Below are positions 51,776-64,000 of a DNA stretch of 64,000 nucleotides, in pieces. Location of the stretch: contig NC_045698.1 of NCBI RefSeq assembly GCF_009834535.1, forward strand, positions 10,728,001-10,792,000, given 5' to 3'. Positions within the stretch are counted from its first letter, which is position 1. Each line of letters begins with the position of its first letter. Source of the DNA: Camelus ferus. Lineage: Eukaryota. The notes under the pieces are model-generated. The model saw nothing but the letters and a program-made list of their open reading frames with translations, did no database searches and had not been told where the DNA came from. The position numbers were made by a program, and so were the translations under genes.

Positions 51776-54045
51776 GCAGTCTGCCCTTTGGCTATTTTGA
51801 GAAGTTCGAAGATGTTGTTGATAGCGCTGGTTTATGAATCCGAGCATGGGAGAGCAGGCATTCTGTACCTAGTCCTGAGTAACTGGGAACTTAGAATCAT
51901 GTCCGTCACATCATGCTCTGAGCCAGTAACTTGGGAAGCTGTCTAATGAATTTGCACAGTGAGAAGTAAACAGGGAGAGTTTGCTTTCTAGAACACATTA
52001 ATTGGATGCAGGTTTTAAATTTTGCCCAGAACAACTTTAAATGCCTCTGATTGGAAATCACATCCTGTCCAAACATTTGGGAAAATAGAAGTAAAAATTT
52101 CCTTCCTGTTTATGACCATCTAACCGGTTAGATTAAAAGAATCATGTTGTTTTTTGGCTCTGTTTTAAGAATTTTATTTGTTCCTGTGCACTGTTACATT
52201 CCCTGATATGTGAAAAAAGAAGAATCAAAAGTCGTGGGCTTAAACAGCACCATCGCCGGGTTAAGCCTCTTGCAGAGGGAATATAACCTTCAGTTCTCAA
52301 GGTGCAAGTTCCTGGCTGGTAATGAATGAAGAACAGCAGTTCCAGAGTGCCCAGTTAACATTCCAGTATGTGTAATGAAGCACCAGCGTGTGCCCCTTCC
52401 CCCGGGAGGGCAACAGGACAGAGTTCCGCCCTAGAGTCCACGGTATCAAAATGGGCTTTGATTTTGTTTTGATTTGTTTTTTAATCACTTTAAAAGATTC
52501 TTCATAGTATCAAAGAGCTTTTGCTCTGTGACAGGGTTAAGTAACCATCCAATCATATATACATTTTGCAGAGACATTAAGGGCTGATAAGTTCCAAGAG
52601 CTGGCTGGCACCAGACAACTCGTTAAACACAGAGCCAGAGTTCAAATTCAGTAGCATTTTCCCAGCTACACTCTTACCTATTTCATTCTTTACTCCCTCC
52701 TCTGTGAACATGACTTATCCGGACTCTAACAGGAAAAGAACTTATTTCTGCAGTATAATCTACAGAAGCTGTGTTGGAATAACCAGGGTGAGGCAAAATT
52801 CTTCCTGTTGAGGGATTTTGCCCTGGAAGCCTTGCCCTCTGCAATGCCACAATCGGCCTCTGTGGTGTTCCACTGGGAAATGGTCAAGACGTTCACTTCC
52901 ATTTCTGGGCTATTCTGGTGCTTCGCATGGCACCGAGGAAATGAGGAGGAGATTTGGGTTTAAGACTGTAATTCTTTTTGCTTAAGCCTTGATGTGGTAT
53001 CAATGGGTGAGGAGCAGACAGCACAATTTGTTGACTGTATTATGCAGGTTTCTTTAGGACATTTAGAAAACAGAATGGAAAAAATGGAATGAGACATAAA
53101 GCAACAAAACATTGTAAGTGCTCAAAGAAATTGGATAATATCTTTGGAAGTAATTTTTTTTTTTTTTTTTTTTAGCTTCTGTGAAGTCCTCTAGCCTTGT
53201 GAAACCCCCAATTCAAATTCCAGGTAAAGTCAATCCCTTACATAGTCCAACACCTATATATTTTTGAAAAACTAACTGTCCCCCTCCACATTTTTTGTTG
53301 TTTTCATACAATAGAAAATGTACAATTTTTTGTACATTAAAAAACAAACTTTTAATTAAAGTATTACAAAAATAGAAAAAGGTATGTGTTAATTTTCATA
53401 AGGTGAACAGAAATTATAAATACCATCCACGCCAAGATAAAAAACATTACTGGTGACTCAGAAGACTTTTCCAGACCCTTCCCAGTAAACCTCCTTCTCC
53501 CCGAAAAGGTAACCAGCATCCTTATTTCAATCACTGATTGAACTTGGCTTTGCAAGTTTTTGAACCTTCTGTAAGTGAAATAATACGGTAAGTACTCTTC
53601 AGTGTCTGGTTTCTTTCATTCAACATTTTTTTTTTTTGTTACCTGTAGCCGATTTGTTCATTCTCATTGCCAAGAGTTCTCCATTACTGAATATACCTCT
53701 ATCCACTTACTGCTAATGGACTTTGGAGCTGTTTCCAGTTTCTGGTTACTAAGGGGAGGCTTCTATGAGCACCTTGTGCACGGCTTTGGGTACACATACG
53801 TGCTCGTTTCCTTTGGGGATATACTGAGGAGCAGAATTGCTGGTCATAGAGAAATCCTAGGTTCAGCTTTAGTGGGTTTGGCCCAACTGTTTTCAGTTGA
53901 TTGTACTAATTTACATTATCAACCATGGTCTATGGAGAATCCAGCTGCTTAACATCCCCACCCGAAGTTGGTGCTCTGGTGGGTCCATGCTGGCATTTCA
54001 CTGTGGCTTTCATTTGCATTTTCCTGATAACTAACAGTGAGCATC

Positions 54046-54560
54046 TGTCAATACCCTCCAGCCAAAGACCACCAGGAACACACCTGAAGTTGCACAATTT
54101 GGGTTTACTGCTGGCTAGGATGAGGGAAACTCCCCACAGTGGGACTGATGGTATCTCAGTAAGAGGGAGTTAAGAAGGATTTGCTCTAAGATTTGGTGTT
54201 TTTAGGGAGAGTTTATGGAAGTAGAACTTTGCTCCAATCATGCTGTCAGGAAGCCAGGGCACTTCTATAATTGGGGGTCTTAATCAATCTTATCCCTAAG
54301 GCAGGAGGAGTGCACTGGGGCTATTAGGCAGGGAAGGGGGTTTGGGTTTAGTCATTTTTATGGTTTGACCGACAGACTTGGTCTTGTCTGTGTTCAGACA
54401 TGATTATCTCCGTTTGTCTTGATCCATCTCTGGTTACAGGGTGAGCTTATCTGATGCTGTGGACCTGCGGACTGGTTTATGTCCCACAGGGTAGCCCCGG
54501 GGCAGGGCTGGCGGCAGCAGCCTGCTCCCAGAAGTCAGGGGCTGCTTTTTTCCTTTCTCA
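54046..54560 (-). mobile_element. ERV1-class (MER89/MER110-like) solo LTR
   Basis: TG...CA termini; ccagccaaagaccaccaggaacacacctg...gtcaggggctgcttttttcctttctca; TSD catc/cacc. Confidence 0.75.
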
Positions 54561-54761
54561 CACCTGTTTGTCAGAGAGTGGTGTGTGGTTTTCCTTCCTA
54601 TAATGTTCTTTTCAGATTTTGGTCTCCAGTTTATGCTAGCTTCATAATACGAGTCAGGAAGTGTGTGGTCTGTTCTGGTCTGTAGAAAAGTTTATATAAC
54701 ATTGGTGTCAATTATTCTTTAAACATTTGCAGAAAATCTGCTGGTGAAGTTGTCTGAGCCT

Positions 54762-55166
54762 TGACAAGACTCGCTCCTTGACCAAACTTTGGTCAGGCTC
54801 CTCTGAGCCCTTTCTCAGTGAGGCCTCTGCCTTGGCCACCAGCTTTGCTGGGCCTGCTCGGCTCAGTTACAGCGAGGATCCTGCTAAGTCAAGTTAGGAG
54901 GAACCCCCAGCCTCGATACCTGAGCACGCTGGCATGACTTCAGCAAGAATCTCGTTACGTTGGTTTAGCAGGAACCCTCCTACCCTTGATTTTCCATCCA
55001 CTGACTCCTTCCTTCTACTTCTTGGCTAAAAATGCCCAGCTGTCTTTACTGTATTAGGAACGGAGCCCAGTTCTCTCCTGAGGTGTCTTTTCCCCGATTA
55101 CAATCATTTCTGAATAAAATCTGTTTTTACTGCTGTAACTCTACGTCGTTCTAATTTTCTCTGACA
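54762..55166 (+). mobile_element. MER31-like ERV1 solo LTR
   Basis: tgacaagactcgctccttgaccaaactttggtcaggctcctctgagccc. AATAAA at 55113-55118. Ends ctgaca. Perfect 4-bp TSD gcct at 54758-54761 and 55167-55170. Confidence 0.9.
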
Positions 55167-55524
55167 GCCTGGAGGTGGTGCCATGAGGTTAACATTGGGG
55201 TTACGCTTCCAATGGCTTTATTAGATATCTAACTATTCAGATTTTCTGTTTATTTTAGTTTCACTTTCAGGGTTTTATTTTTTTAAAAAAAAGGAATCTG
55301 TCCTTTCATCTGTACGTTCAAAAACAGTTTTAGAATGATGTTTGCAAAAAAAAAAAAAAAAAAAGAATGACGTTTGTAAGAGCGTCTTAAGATCTTTTAC
55401 ATGCCTGTAGCATTGGCAACGATATCCCATTTTCCACTCCTTATGTTTATATTTTGTAGCATTTCTCTTTCTTTTAATCAACCTTGTTAGATGTTTATGG
55501 ATGTTGCTGACAGCATCATATTTA

Positions 55525-55647
55525 CTTTTTATTTTTGTTATTGAAGTGTAGTCGATTTACAATGTTAGTTTCAGATGTGCAGCAAAGCGATTCAGTTATA
55601 CATAAGCATACATACGTATATATTTTTTCAGTTCCTTTTCCATTATG
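55525..55647 (-). mobile_element. young L1 3' end
   Basis: ttattgaagtgtagtcgatttacaatgttagtttcagatgtgcagc. Perfect 12-bp TSD gcatcatattta at 55513-55524 and 55648-55659. Confidence 0.9.
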
Positions 55648-57305
55648 GCATCATATTTAAATTTCCATAAGACATTATTATTATTACTGTTTTGTACAAT
55701 TAATTTTTACTTAGGTTTACATAAATTTACGTTCCTCATTATTCCGATGTATTTTTGTGTTGCAGTCTTCTGCTGACACACTGGGGAAGACACTGCTGAG
55801 TGCTGGATTCATTCTTGGTGCCTTCTTCTTGTTGGTACCTCAGTCTCTCAAGAGCTCTTTCTTAGCCTCAAATCCCATTTTGTCTTCCTGACTCTGTAAA
55901 ACCACTTAAAGCTCTGTTCGCATCTCTGCCTCCCCGACCCTAGCCTGCTATTGATGCCAGAAACCCTTCCACAAGGAACAGATTCTGTCAGTAGAGGAAG
56001 TTTAAACATTTCAGAACTCTGAGAGCCCAGGATAACACGCTGACTCTGGTGAATGACAGATATACGATTCTTCCTTAGGCACAGAACCGGGACAAGCAAG
56101 AGACAGGCTATGGCAGCGAGAAAGAGGCAGAGAAGAGAAAAACAGTCTGAAACACTTTGATGATGTCTCTGGCAGTGTCTGGAGGCCAGAGGCCAGTGAT
56201 CCTTCCATTGCCGCAATAACCAGAAGCACCAGATGTCTTTATCTCCTCCTCTGACCCACCGTCCTCAGGCAGGTGTGTAGCAGAGAGGGCGTTAGCCGAT
56301 GCACTTTCTGATTATTTTTACCCCCGTGCCGCTGCCTCCCGGGATGCAGTTGTGGCCCAAGGGAACACAGGTGGCAGGAAAATCGAAAATGAAAAATGTG
56401 CTCTTTTGATCTCTGGTATTTTATTTCACTAATAATCTTTCGGGGTCACAGTCCTTCTGAAAAATTGATTATTGCTAAACCTTGGTGTGCTTCTTGTGTA
56501 TAAAAATTCTCTCCTCATCTGTTGTCTGTTTGCGTCAGTGTTCTATAAATACATTAATTGGTGCCGCTTTTCATTTAACTGTCACTGCTGTCTCTCTCTC
56601 TCCTTTTCTGACAAGCTTGTATGAAACTCTCTTACGATGGAACAAAATAAAACCACCCAGTCATAGGGGTCTATTTTGGCAAAAGAGGAGTGTAACAGGA
56701 AGAAAATTTGTAGTCTTTTGTGGTGAGCAAAGGGCTGTTAAACTCATCAGTGATAAGTTTGCATGAAAAATTTGGAATACAATTCTTTCCTAGATGTAGA
56801 TTGAAAAAAACAAAACAAAACCCTGAAGGAAACCACTGAAATAAGGCAGGTACAACAGAATTATCAGAACATTGCACCGTGGGAAATGGGCTGAAACCAA
56901 TTTCAACCTCATTTTAACATTCATCAGGTCATACTTATTTTAGACGACTTTGGCTTTAGTGGTGTTTCAAAAACCATATTCCATGTGTGCTCCCTTCTGC
57001 CTTGAAAAGCGGTAGCCATTTAACAGTGGAAACCGAATGAGCATATCCATCAATTTCAAGCATCTTTTCAACGTGATAGAAATTGGGATTAACTAGTTGC
57101 ATGGTAGAGTATATTCTTACTAACTCCCATCTACAAGACACTTAAGGACACAGTAGCTAATCATTTTAAAGGTCTGCTACTCTGTGCTCTAAAGCTTATA
57201 AAACCAGTGTTTTGGAATTTGTCAACGGACTAAAATTTAGGGTATAATGAGGCCCTTTATTTTCAGATGAACTTAGATGGATGCCATCCCAGACCAGTTG
57301 ACTGG

Positions 57306-57650
57306 AATATCAGCCAGGGTTCGACCAGAGAAACAGAATGAGTGATTGTAGGAGCTGGCAAGTCTGGCGTCACTAGGACAGGCTTTAGGATGAACTGTCT
57401 GGAAACTCTTGGGGGAACTAATGTTGCAATCTGCAGGTGAAATTTCTTCTCCCACCAAGATACCTAAGTTTGGCACTTATGGTCTTCAGTGGATTGGAGA
57501 AGGCCCCTCACATTGAGGGTAAACTCCTTTCTTTCAAGTTAATTGACTATAGACGTTAATCACATCTACAGAATACTCTGTCCTAGCCCAGTGTTTGAAT
57601 GGCTGGCTACTGTATCCTTGCGACGTTGACACATAAAACCAACCATCACA
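57306..57650 (-). mobile_element. MLT2(D-like) ERVL solo LTR
   Basis: cagccagggttcgaccagagaaacagaa...gattggagaaggcccc...gttgacacataaaaccaaccatcaca; TSD actgg/accgg. Confidence 0.85.
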
Positions 57651-59477
57651 ACCGGTCATGCAAAAGTCTCCTCTGTTTGAAAGGAATTAACTTGAAGTGA
57701 CATGCAGTGTCTTCATTATAAGCAACATATACAAGCCTGGCTTGCATGGGTTGCTTTTTGACCCCTAAATGGGGTCCTTCTTGTGGTGTGAGAAGAAGCT
57801 GTTCTGTCCTGCTCTCACAGTTCCTGATACTTTGGTAGGGGACATGTAGTCAGGACACTAGACAATCAGGCAAAGTTTTCTTATTTTTTGTGAAAGGTAC
57901 ACAGAATGAAGATCCACACTCTCAGTCAACCATCTCCTTGCCTCTTTTTGCTTCTGGAGAATGGGGCAGAGGGAAAGGCCTCTGAGAATTTGTAATCAGT
58001 GTTCAGTTCTGAAGGATGCTTAATTCAAAAGATAACTAAAATGAATACAAGTTCTGTAAACATGGATTCTTTAGGAATGGAGAATGTTTCCTTTTAGGAC
58101 AAAATGTGCACTTGGCCAGTCTATATTCGTTCATAGAAACTTTCATTGTGGCTCCATATTTTTAATAACTGAAGTAATGTTTCTCATGGCTCATATGGCT
58201 TCTTTAGTTTGTTCAGTAATTTTATACTTGTAAGTTCTGCTGGGCCATACTGAATGCGTGTTACGAGAAAAAATGTAACACTTTCTAATAAGAAAGAAAA
58301 TGACTTTGTACTTAGGTCTCCATTCCATTCCTTGGTCACTGACAATTGACCAGGCAAATTGAAATACAAATTGAAATACAATTACCTAACACATCGGTTC
58401 AGTGTGATCTGTCACGGGATTGCAGAACTTGTCCTCCCACCAAGAGCTCTTTTGATCCTCTTATTTCTTGGCTGGCCTGGTTTCATCAAACGTAACTTTA
58501 AAATTCAAGTTCTGTTGATAGGAACGTGTTAAACACATACTAAGATGCTTTGGTGTTCTCTGAGAATGACAGATATTCCTTGTAAAGCTTTCACTTTTTA
58601 TTTTTTTAAGACCTCCAAATTCTATTACTGTACATGAAGAGGGTAGGGAGGTTTACATATTTTGATTTTTATTCTCACAATATAATTATCTCAAGAGAAT
58701 TCTAAGGGAAAAAAACCCAAACAGCTTGACAGTATTATTTGTTGCCTGAATAAAAAGCAACATTGTCCACATTTTGTGCAAACGGGAGGCGACTCCAGGT
58801 GTCCCAGTGCACAGCCCGCGAGCCGACGAGAGCAGGACCCACAGGAGAGCCGTCCGGGGGCAGTGAGGGCGGTCAGGCTGGTGGACCAGGGCATCCTTTC
58901 AACTTGTGGTGGTGAAACTCAGGGGTTGGAACCTGCTGCATGGAAAGGAAAATTTTCCTCCCAGCCCTTTTCATCTTGATTGAGGTTAAAATATAAATGG
59001 GAGTGTTTGTGTTAGAGCCTCTTGCAACCATTTTCTTGGAGACGAACACTTAAGTGCTTTTCTAAAACATTTGAAATTGAAAATGCAGACTGTGGGCTTC
59101 GCTGGTTTGTCCATGGGTGGTCTTCAGAGGCTGGACCAAGACTGGGTGTTGGGTGTTTGCCTATACGGGGCAAGTGAGGTGCTGGTAGACCTGGGCATAG
59201 TACTTCTGAGAAATCTTGAAAAGAACCCACGTGATTTTTCTGCTTTCACCTTCCTTCAGCCCCAGAACATTTGGCCCCTCAGTATCCCAGCAAGGCCACT
59301 CTTCAAAGAGTCACAGAGCTAGGGGCCCTTGTTCAGCAAAGACAGACTTACTCTTGCCTCTGAACATTGCTCAATAAAGAGTTTTGCTGAGATGCTAAGC
59401 CAACAAGGGCAGTTCCTTCTTTATATGTGAGAAACGGGCAATCACGGGGTTTAGGTAGAGAAGTCTCATTTCTATTA

Positions 59478-59853
59478 CAGTAGTGCTCAAACTCTTTGAT
59501 TATGAAAGCTACAATTGACACTGTGACTTAGAACACAATTGCATTTGCACGCACACACACACACACCCACAAAACTTAAACAGAAATGTTGCAGACCAGT
59601 TCCCAACATTGTTACCCACGATTGGTTCTGATATTTTCTGTCCAATCCTATCCATCCTATCCTGTCCTGTCCACTCCATTCCCTCCCATCCAACCCATCC
59701 TATCCTCACTTCCCCATCCTTTCTTATCCTATCCTATCCATGCCATCCCATCCCACGCCATCTCATTCTATCCTACCCAATCTATATCCAAAACGCTAGT
59801 CATGAGACATTAAATTGATCTGATGACACTTTAACGCCAGGTGGAAAACACTT
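59478..59853. mobile_element. hAT-Charlie (MER119-like) DNA transposon with internal (CA)n and (TATCC/CATCC)n
   Basis: cagtagtgctcaaactctttg...tctgatattttctg[tatcc repeats 59640-59790]aaaacgctagtcatgagacattaaattgat...ggaaaacact. Confidence 0.6.
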
Positions 59854-61299
59854 GATCTACTCCTAGAAAATAAAATCAGCGGTGATGCTGCTTCCTGCTC
59901 TTTGAAAGAAGCTCTTCTGTATCGAAAAATCTGTGGCCCACAGATACACTGATTTCTGCCCAGCCCTCCTCCTCCCCAGGAGGAGGAGGGGAAAGAGGGT
60001 AAAAAGTAGAGCTGTGTTCTTTCAGTGCGACACAGAAACATGCAGGGATGTGTGTGCTCTTCATTTTTTACCATCCTTAGTTCCCAAACCTGACTTTCCT
60101 TTCCCTGCAGTGGGATGAGAAAAAAGAAAATCAGTGTCTGTTGTAACTGGACAGGGCATGGACTGGTGCTGGGAATGGGGACTCTTTTTTCAACTCTCAC
60201 ACCTCATCCAAACTGGGAGTAAACAGAAGTTATTACCAGGCAGAGCTCTGAGTAGACTGATTGGTGATCTGCATTCATGTCTTGATGTGGTATGAGTTTG
60301 CTCTCTGTGGTCAATTCTGGTAGGCATTCTAAAAGCCCCCAGAAGAGAAATTAATTGCCTACTATTCCTGTGATGTTAATGGTGCTCCCTTGGGCTTTCA
60401 AAAGCAACTTTCAAAGGGGAATGTGATTTAGTCCGTAGTTATGTTTATGTTTTGGTTTTCCAGTGTCTGGAGTTCTTTATTAAAGGCTGTCAACCTAGGG
60501 TTTTAACCGCAAAGATTTAGCACCATGTTTTTAAGAAAAAGAAAGTCAAGTTTGGGGTTAATGAAAGTTAAAAATCTTTGGGTCTCCTGGTGGGTCTCCT
60601 GTACAGACACTTGTTTTGCCACCGTCTCTTGCCCGGGTACGCCAGGGCTTTGCAGACCAGCTGGGCCAGAGGGAAAACAAAGTAAACATTACCAACGGTG
60701 ACTGTCAGCCTCCTTTTTTTTTTTTTTTCCTACCAGACAAACCTCTTTTTTTTCCCTTTAAAATTTTGTCTGCATTTGACATTTTGAATCACCCCAGAAA
60801 GTAGGATATTGTTTTTACTGAAGACACTGACTGGGTGAGCATCTCCTACCAACTTGTCTGGAAAAAGCACCAGACGTCCCCTTCTCATTTGCCTCTGGCC
60901 GAGGTAAATACTGCTCCTCCTGACCTCACAGGGTTGAGACTCTGAGGACTGCAGCTCGTGTGGCCCCAGGCATGGAGAAGTTCCAGTATGGAGACAAGCA
61001 CCTAAGCATGATGGAGCCCGCGTGTTACAGATGGGCCTGACACCTGGTCTAGGGGGACTGTTCACCTGCAGTGGGCCTGCCTAGACTTCAAAGCTCAGAA
61101 GAAGTGAAATGTTCTAACCATGAACGTATTTGTCACATACTGAGCGAAAGTACAGAGATTCTTGGAGGAGGCAGTGGTTGAAGTATTAGAAGCAGACTCG
61201 TCATAACAAAAATATTTTGTCATTGTTGCTTTGCCTAATGGACAGGTGTGTCCACACTGGGATATAACACGGAGGCTGAGTCTCTGTCTTTATATCTCA

Positions 61300-62400
61300 A
61301 ACAGTCACCATCTACTTTCTCGTTCTCCCAAGAGTCAGCTCCAACTCTTACCTTTCGTTTTCTTATATATCCAGTCTCTTCTTTGAAAATGCTAGTTCTT
61401 CTCCCCACAGCATGCAAGCATGCTCAGAATCTCTCCCATTTTGGAAAACAAAATCCTCCCTTGATCATTCTCCTCTTCCTCTCACCAGTGGTTTTGTCTT
61501 CCTCTCTCCAGGTGTACGCTTCTCTGGGTGTCTGCATCTCTGGCACTGGCGGGCACCAGGATCATCTAGAGAGCCTGTTAAAGCATCCATGACTGGGCTT
61601 CCTCCTCAGAGTTTCCGACTCAGTGGGCTTGGGGTAGGGTCCAAGATATGCATTTTGAGAGCTGAGGACCCAGGGTGAGACTCATCTCTCTGAAGAACAC
61701 TCTACATTTGCTGGCTGCACTCGGTCTTTTTTTTTTTTCATTCGCTACGCAATCTGCTGCACCGTGGACTCTGCCACACCACCACCGACATCTATGTGTT
61801 GAATTCAGTGAACACTTTGTGTCCTGTCCTACTTGAGCCCTCTGAGACATCGGTCACCCAACTGCATCCCTCTCTTTCCTCATTTGGCTTCCATGACATC
61901 ACTCTCTCCCCAGTCATCTCCTTCCTATCCACTCGTTCTTTCTGAGCTGCCTTTTCAGGAAGCTTTTCCACCCACGGTGTGTTTCAGTCTTCCTCAGAGG
62001 GCTGTCCTCGCCTGCTGTATTCTCCCTGAGATGCCTCAGCCAGCCCTGGAGCTTTGACGGCATGCCAGTAACCCCATCAACTCCTCCACCACTGGCCTCC
62101 CTTCTAGCTCCGCATCTGTACATCTAGACTCTTGATGTTCAACGTGTTCCCAAACAGGCTTATGATGTTTACCTGAGGTCTTCTCCTCTTGTTTTTCTTA
62201 TCTCCTCAAGTGACACCCATTTTTCCTGAGCCAGAAATCTGTGTGCCATTCTCAGTTTTTTCTCCCTCACCCTTAATCCTGACATCCAAATCATCATCAA
62301 GGTATCTCTTACATCCTGCCTTCTTTCATTTCCCATTGGTAATGGTTCACTATGTTTGCATAAATTACTGAAACAGCCTCTCAAGTGTTGACTCCGTTTC
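61300..62400 (+). mobile_element. L2 ORF2/RT-region remnant interrupted by a MER5A
   Basis: gcatgcaagcatgctcagaatctctcccattttggaaaa (KHA..PILK-like), cctacttgagccctctg (LDLS-like), tttggcttccatgacatcactctctcc, ttcctcagagggctgtcctcg (VPQGSVL-like). Confidence 0.7.
61535..61680. mobile_element. MER5A-like MITE
   Basis: gcaccaggatcatctagagagcctgttaaa...ctgggcttcctcctcagagtttccgactcagtgggcttggggtagggtccaagatatgcatttt. Confidence 0.8.
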
Positions 62401-62971
62401 CAGGCTGGGAGGAATATAGGGGTAGCTCATCGGATCAAAGAAGCAAAGGTAAGGATATTAGCTTTCTGGTGTCTCCAGGAGCTTTTTAAACACTGGGCAT
62501 ATACGGGTCACTCAAATAGTGGGACATTTTGCTATAACATAAATTCCGGTCTTGCCACTGGATGCACCAGCATTTTATACAGTGAATCACACATCTGGAG
62601 CAAATACAGCATTGCCCTTCATTTCTGGAAACCTATAATTTTTCTTTAGTACAGTGTACGCAAACTTCTGCACTGTCTGGCTATTGCTAGCTTCCCCCCC
62701 CACCCCCCAAATGACCACTGCTGAGAGGGAAGGGGCTCAACAGGCCCTCTCCTAATTTGGATTCAATGCTAGGAACGGACTTTAAATACAGCAGTGCAGG
62801 TGGTAGGTGTTCCAAGCTCCATTTCACAAATGACACTGGGGCTCTGAGAAGGTAACAGAGTTAAAAGGCAGTGGAGCTAAAGATGCAAACTGGGTCTACA
62901 ACGAAGCGTGTTGTAGGACATGAGAAACATCTAGCTCTTTCTGGGTAGAACCTGCAGTGTGTAGATTCGTC

Positions 62972-63026
62972 TTCTCTTTTTCTTTCAATGGAGACACTGG
63001 AGATCGAACCCAGGACCTTGCGCATG
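62972..63026 (-). mobile_element. 5'-truncated vic-1-like SINE
   Basis: ttcaatggagacactggagatcgaacccaggaccttgcgcatg; the A-box half is missing. Confidence 0.75.
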
Positions 63027-63031
63027 CATCC

Positions 63032-63329
63032 TTTTTTTTAAATTGAAGTATAGTTGATTTACAGTGTTGTATTAGTTTCGGCTGTACAGCAAAGTGATTC
63101 AGTTATACATATATATGTATATAAATTCTTTTTAAGATTCTTTTCCATTATAGATTATTATACAATATTGAATCTAGTTCTCTGTGCTGTACAGTAGGTC
63201 TTGTTGTTTATTTCAAGTGTGTGTCTGTTAATCCCAAACTCCTAATTTATCCCTCCCTCACTTTCCCCTTTGGTAACCATAGATTGTTTTCTAGGTCTGT
63301 GAGTCTGTTTCTGGTTTGTAAATTAGGTT
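63032..63329 (-). mobile_element. young L1 3' UTR fragment
   Basis: aattgaagtatagttgatttacagtgttgtattagtttc. TSD catcctttt at 63027-63035 and 63330-63338. Confidence 0.9.
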
Positions 63330-63476
63330 CATCCTTTTGTTGAAGTGCTGTAATTTTAATAAACTCAAAAACTGCTATAATAAAGCACAAGTAAGAAAAG
63401 TACTAAAGCCAAATATAACCTGGTGGTCCTTTTCTATATACGACTTTGTTCTTTGTGTGTTGGTGTAGGAAAACTT

Positions 63477-64000
63477 AAAACTTTTTATTTGGAAATAATT
63501 ATAGATTCTCAGGAACTTGCAAAAATAGTACAGAGATTCTGGGCACCCTTCATCCAGTTTCCCCCAGTGGTTACATCTTACACAACTATAGTGTGATATC
63601 AAAGCCAGCAAATTGACATTGGTACAATGCGTGTGTGTGTATTTTTTTGCCTTTTGTCATATGTGTATATTCATATAAACACCATTGCAATGAAGATACA
63701 GAATTATTCCATCACCACAAAGATGGCCCTCGTGCTTCCTTTATAATTACCTCGCCCCTCTATTTTTAACCCTTGGCAACCACTAATCTGTTCTCCATCT
63801 TTATAAACTTGTCATATTGAGAATGAGCATGAGGGGAAATCTGGGCTCCCGCTTGGCCTTAGCTGATGGAAGAAAGGGTGGGGCCATGTCTTTTCCATGG
63901 TGTTGGCTGGGGTAGGGCGGTTATTGTTGAAACTTTCTCTGTCTTGCTAGGTTATCTCTTTCCTGGTCCTTCAAATAGAGGGAGCAACCTTTTCTTTTTC
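63477..64000 (-). mobile_element. old L1MC/MB-type 3' end (63477-63825) followed by L1M 5'-region-like sequence
   Basis: ttttatttggaaataattatagattctcaggaacttgcaaaaatagtacagag...ccagtttcccccagtggttacatc, then ggttattgttgaaactttctctgtcttgctagg. Confidence 0.8.

Larger units (their letters stand above)
53350..55510 (-). mobile_element. old L1 (L1MD/ME-type) fragmented by two LTRs and a poly(A) insert
   Basis: gtactcttcagtgtctggtttctttcattcaaca...ggagcagaattgctggtcata...ttcatttgcattttcctgataact. Resumes at 54565 (ttttggtctccagtttatgctagcttcataa) and at 55171. Confidence 0.8.

Noticed and set aside
56070..56150. Possible terminal coding exon ttccttag|GCACAGAAC... (AQNRDKQETGYGSEKEAEKRKTV*)
   Set aside because: Short pyrimidine tract, no recognisable protein and no upstream exon.
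59640..59790. Repeat-spacer or CRISPR-like periodicity
   Set aside because: Degenerate (TATCC/CATCC)n microsatellite inside a DNA transposon. There are no constant repeats with unique spacers and no cas genes, and the DNA is mammalian.

Overview
Eukaryotic (mammalian) non-coding genomic DNA, not a prokaryotic window. The tRNA-derived SINEs resemble the camelid vic-1 family, and I saw no Alu, BovB/CHR or PRE-1 elements, so a camelid (Camelus/Vicugna/Lama) source is likely. I cannot support any protein-coding exon, RNA gene, CRISPR array or operon. The ORF track is chance ORFs plus decayed L1/L2/ERVL fragments. The window is dominated by interspersed repeats: old MIR, L2, hAT/Tc2 DNA transposons, MaLR/ERVL/ERV1 LTRs and L1M, overlaid by young L1 3' ends and SINEs, many with visible target-site duplications (TSDs). 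The most informative structures are retrotransposition fossils: (1) a two-LTR MLT2/ERVL provirus whose PBS is joined directly to integrase and dUTPase remnants; (2) an L1 with a twin-priming 5' inversion; (3) a compound triple-tailed L1 insert with an apparent 3' transduction; (4) two L1s inserted successively at one target site; (5) an orphan poly(A) insert with a TSD. A minus-strand bias of LTRs and SINEs hints that the window lies inside a plus-strand transcription unit. I found no convincing previously undescribed biological system. Repeat family names come from recalled consensus similarity, not a database search. Boundaries without a stated TSD are approximate.
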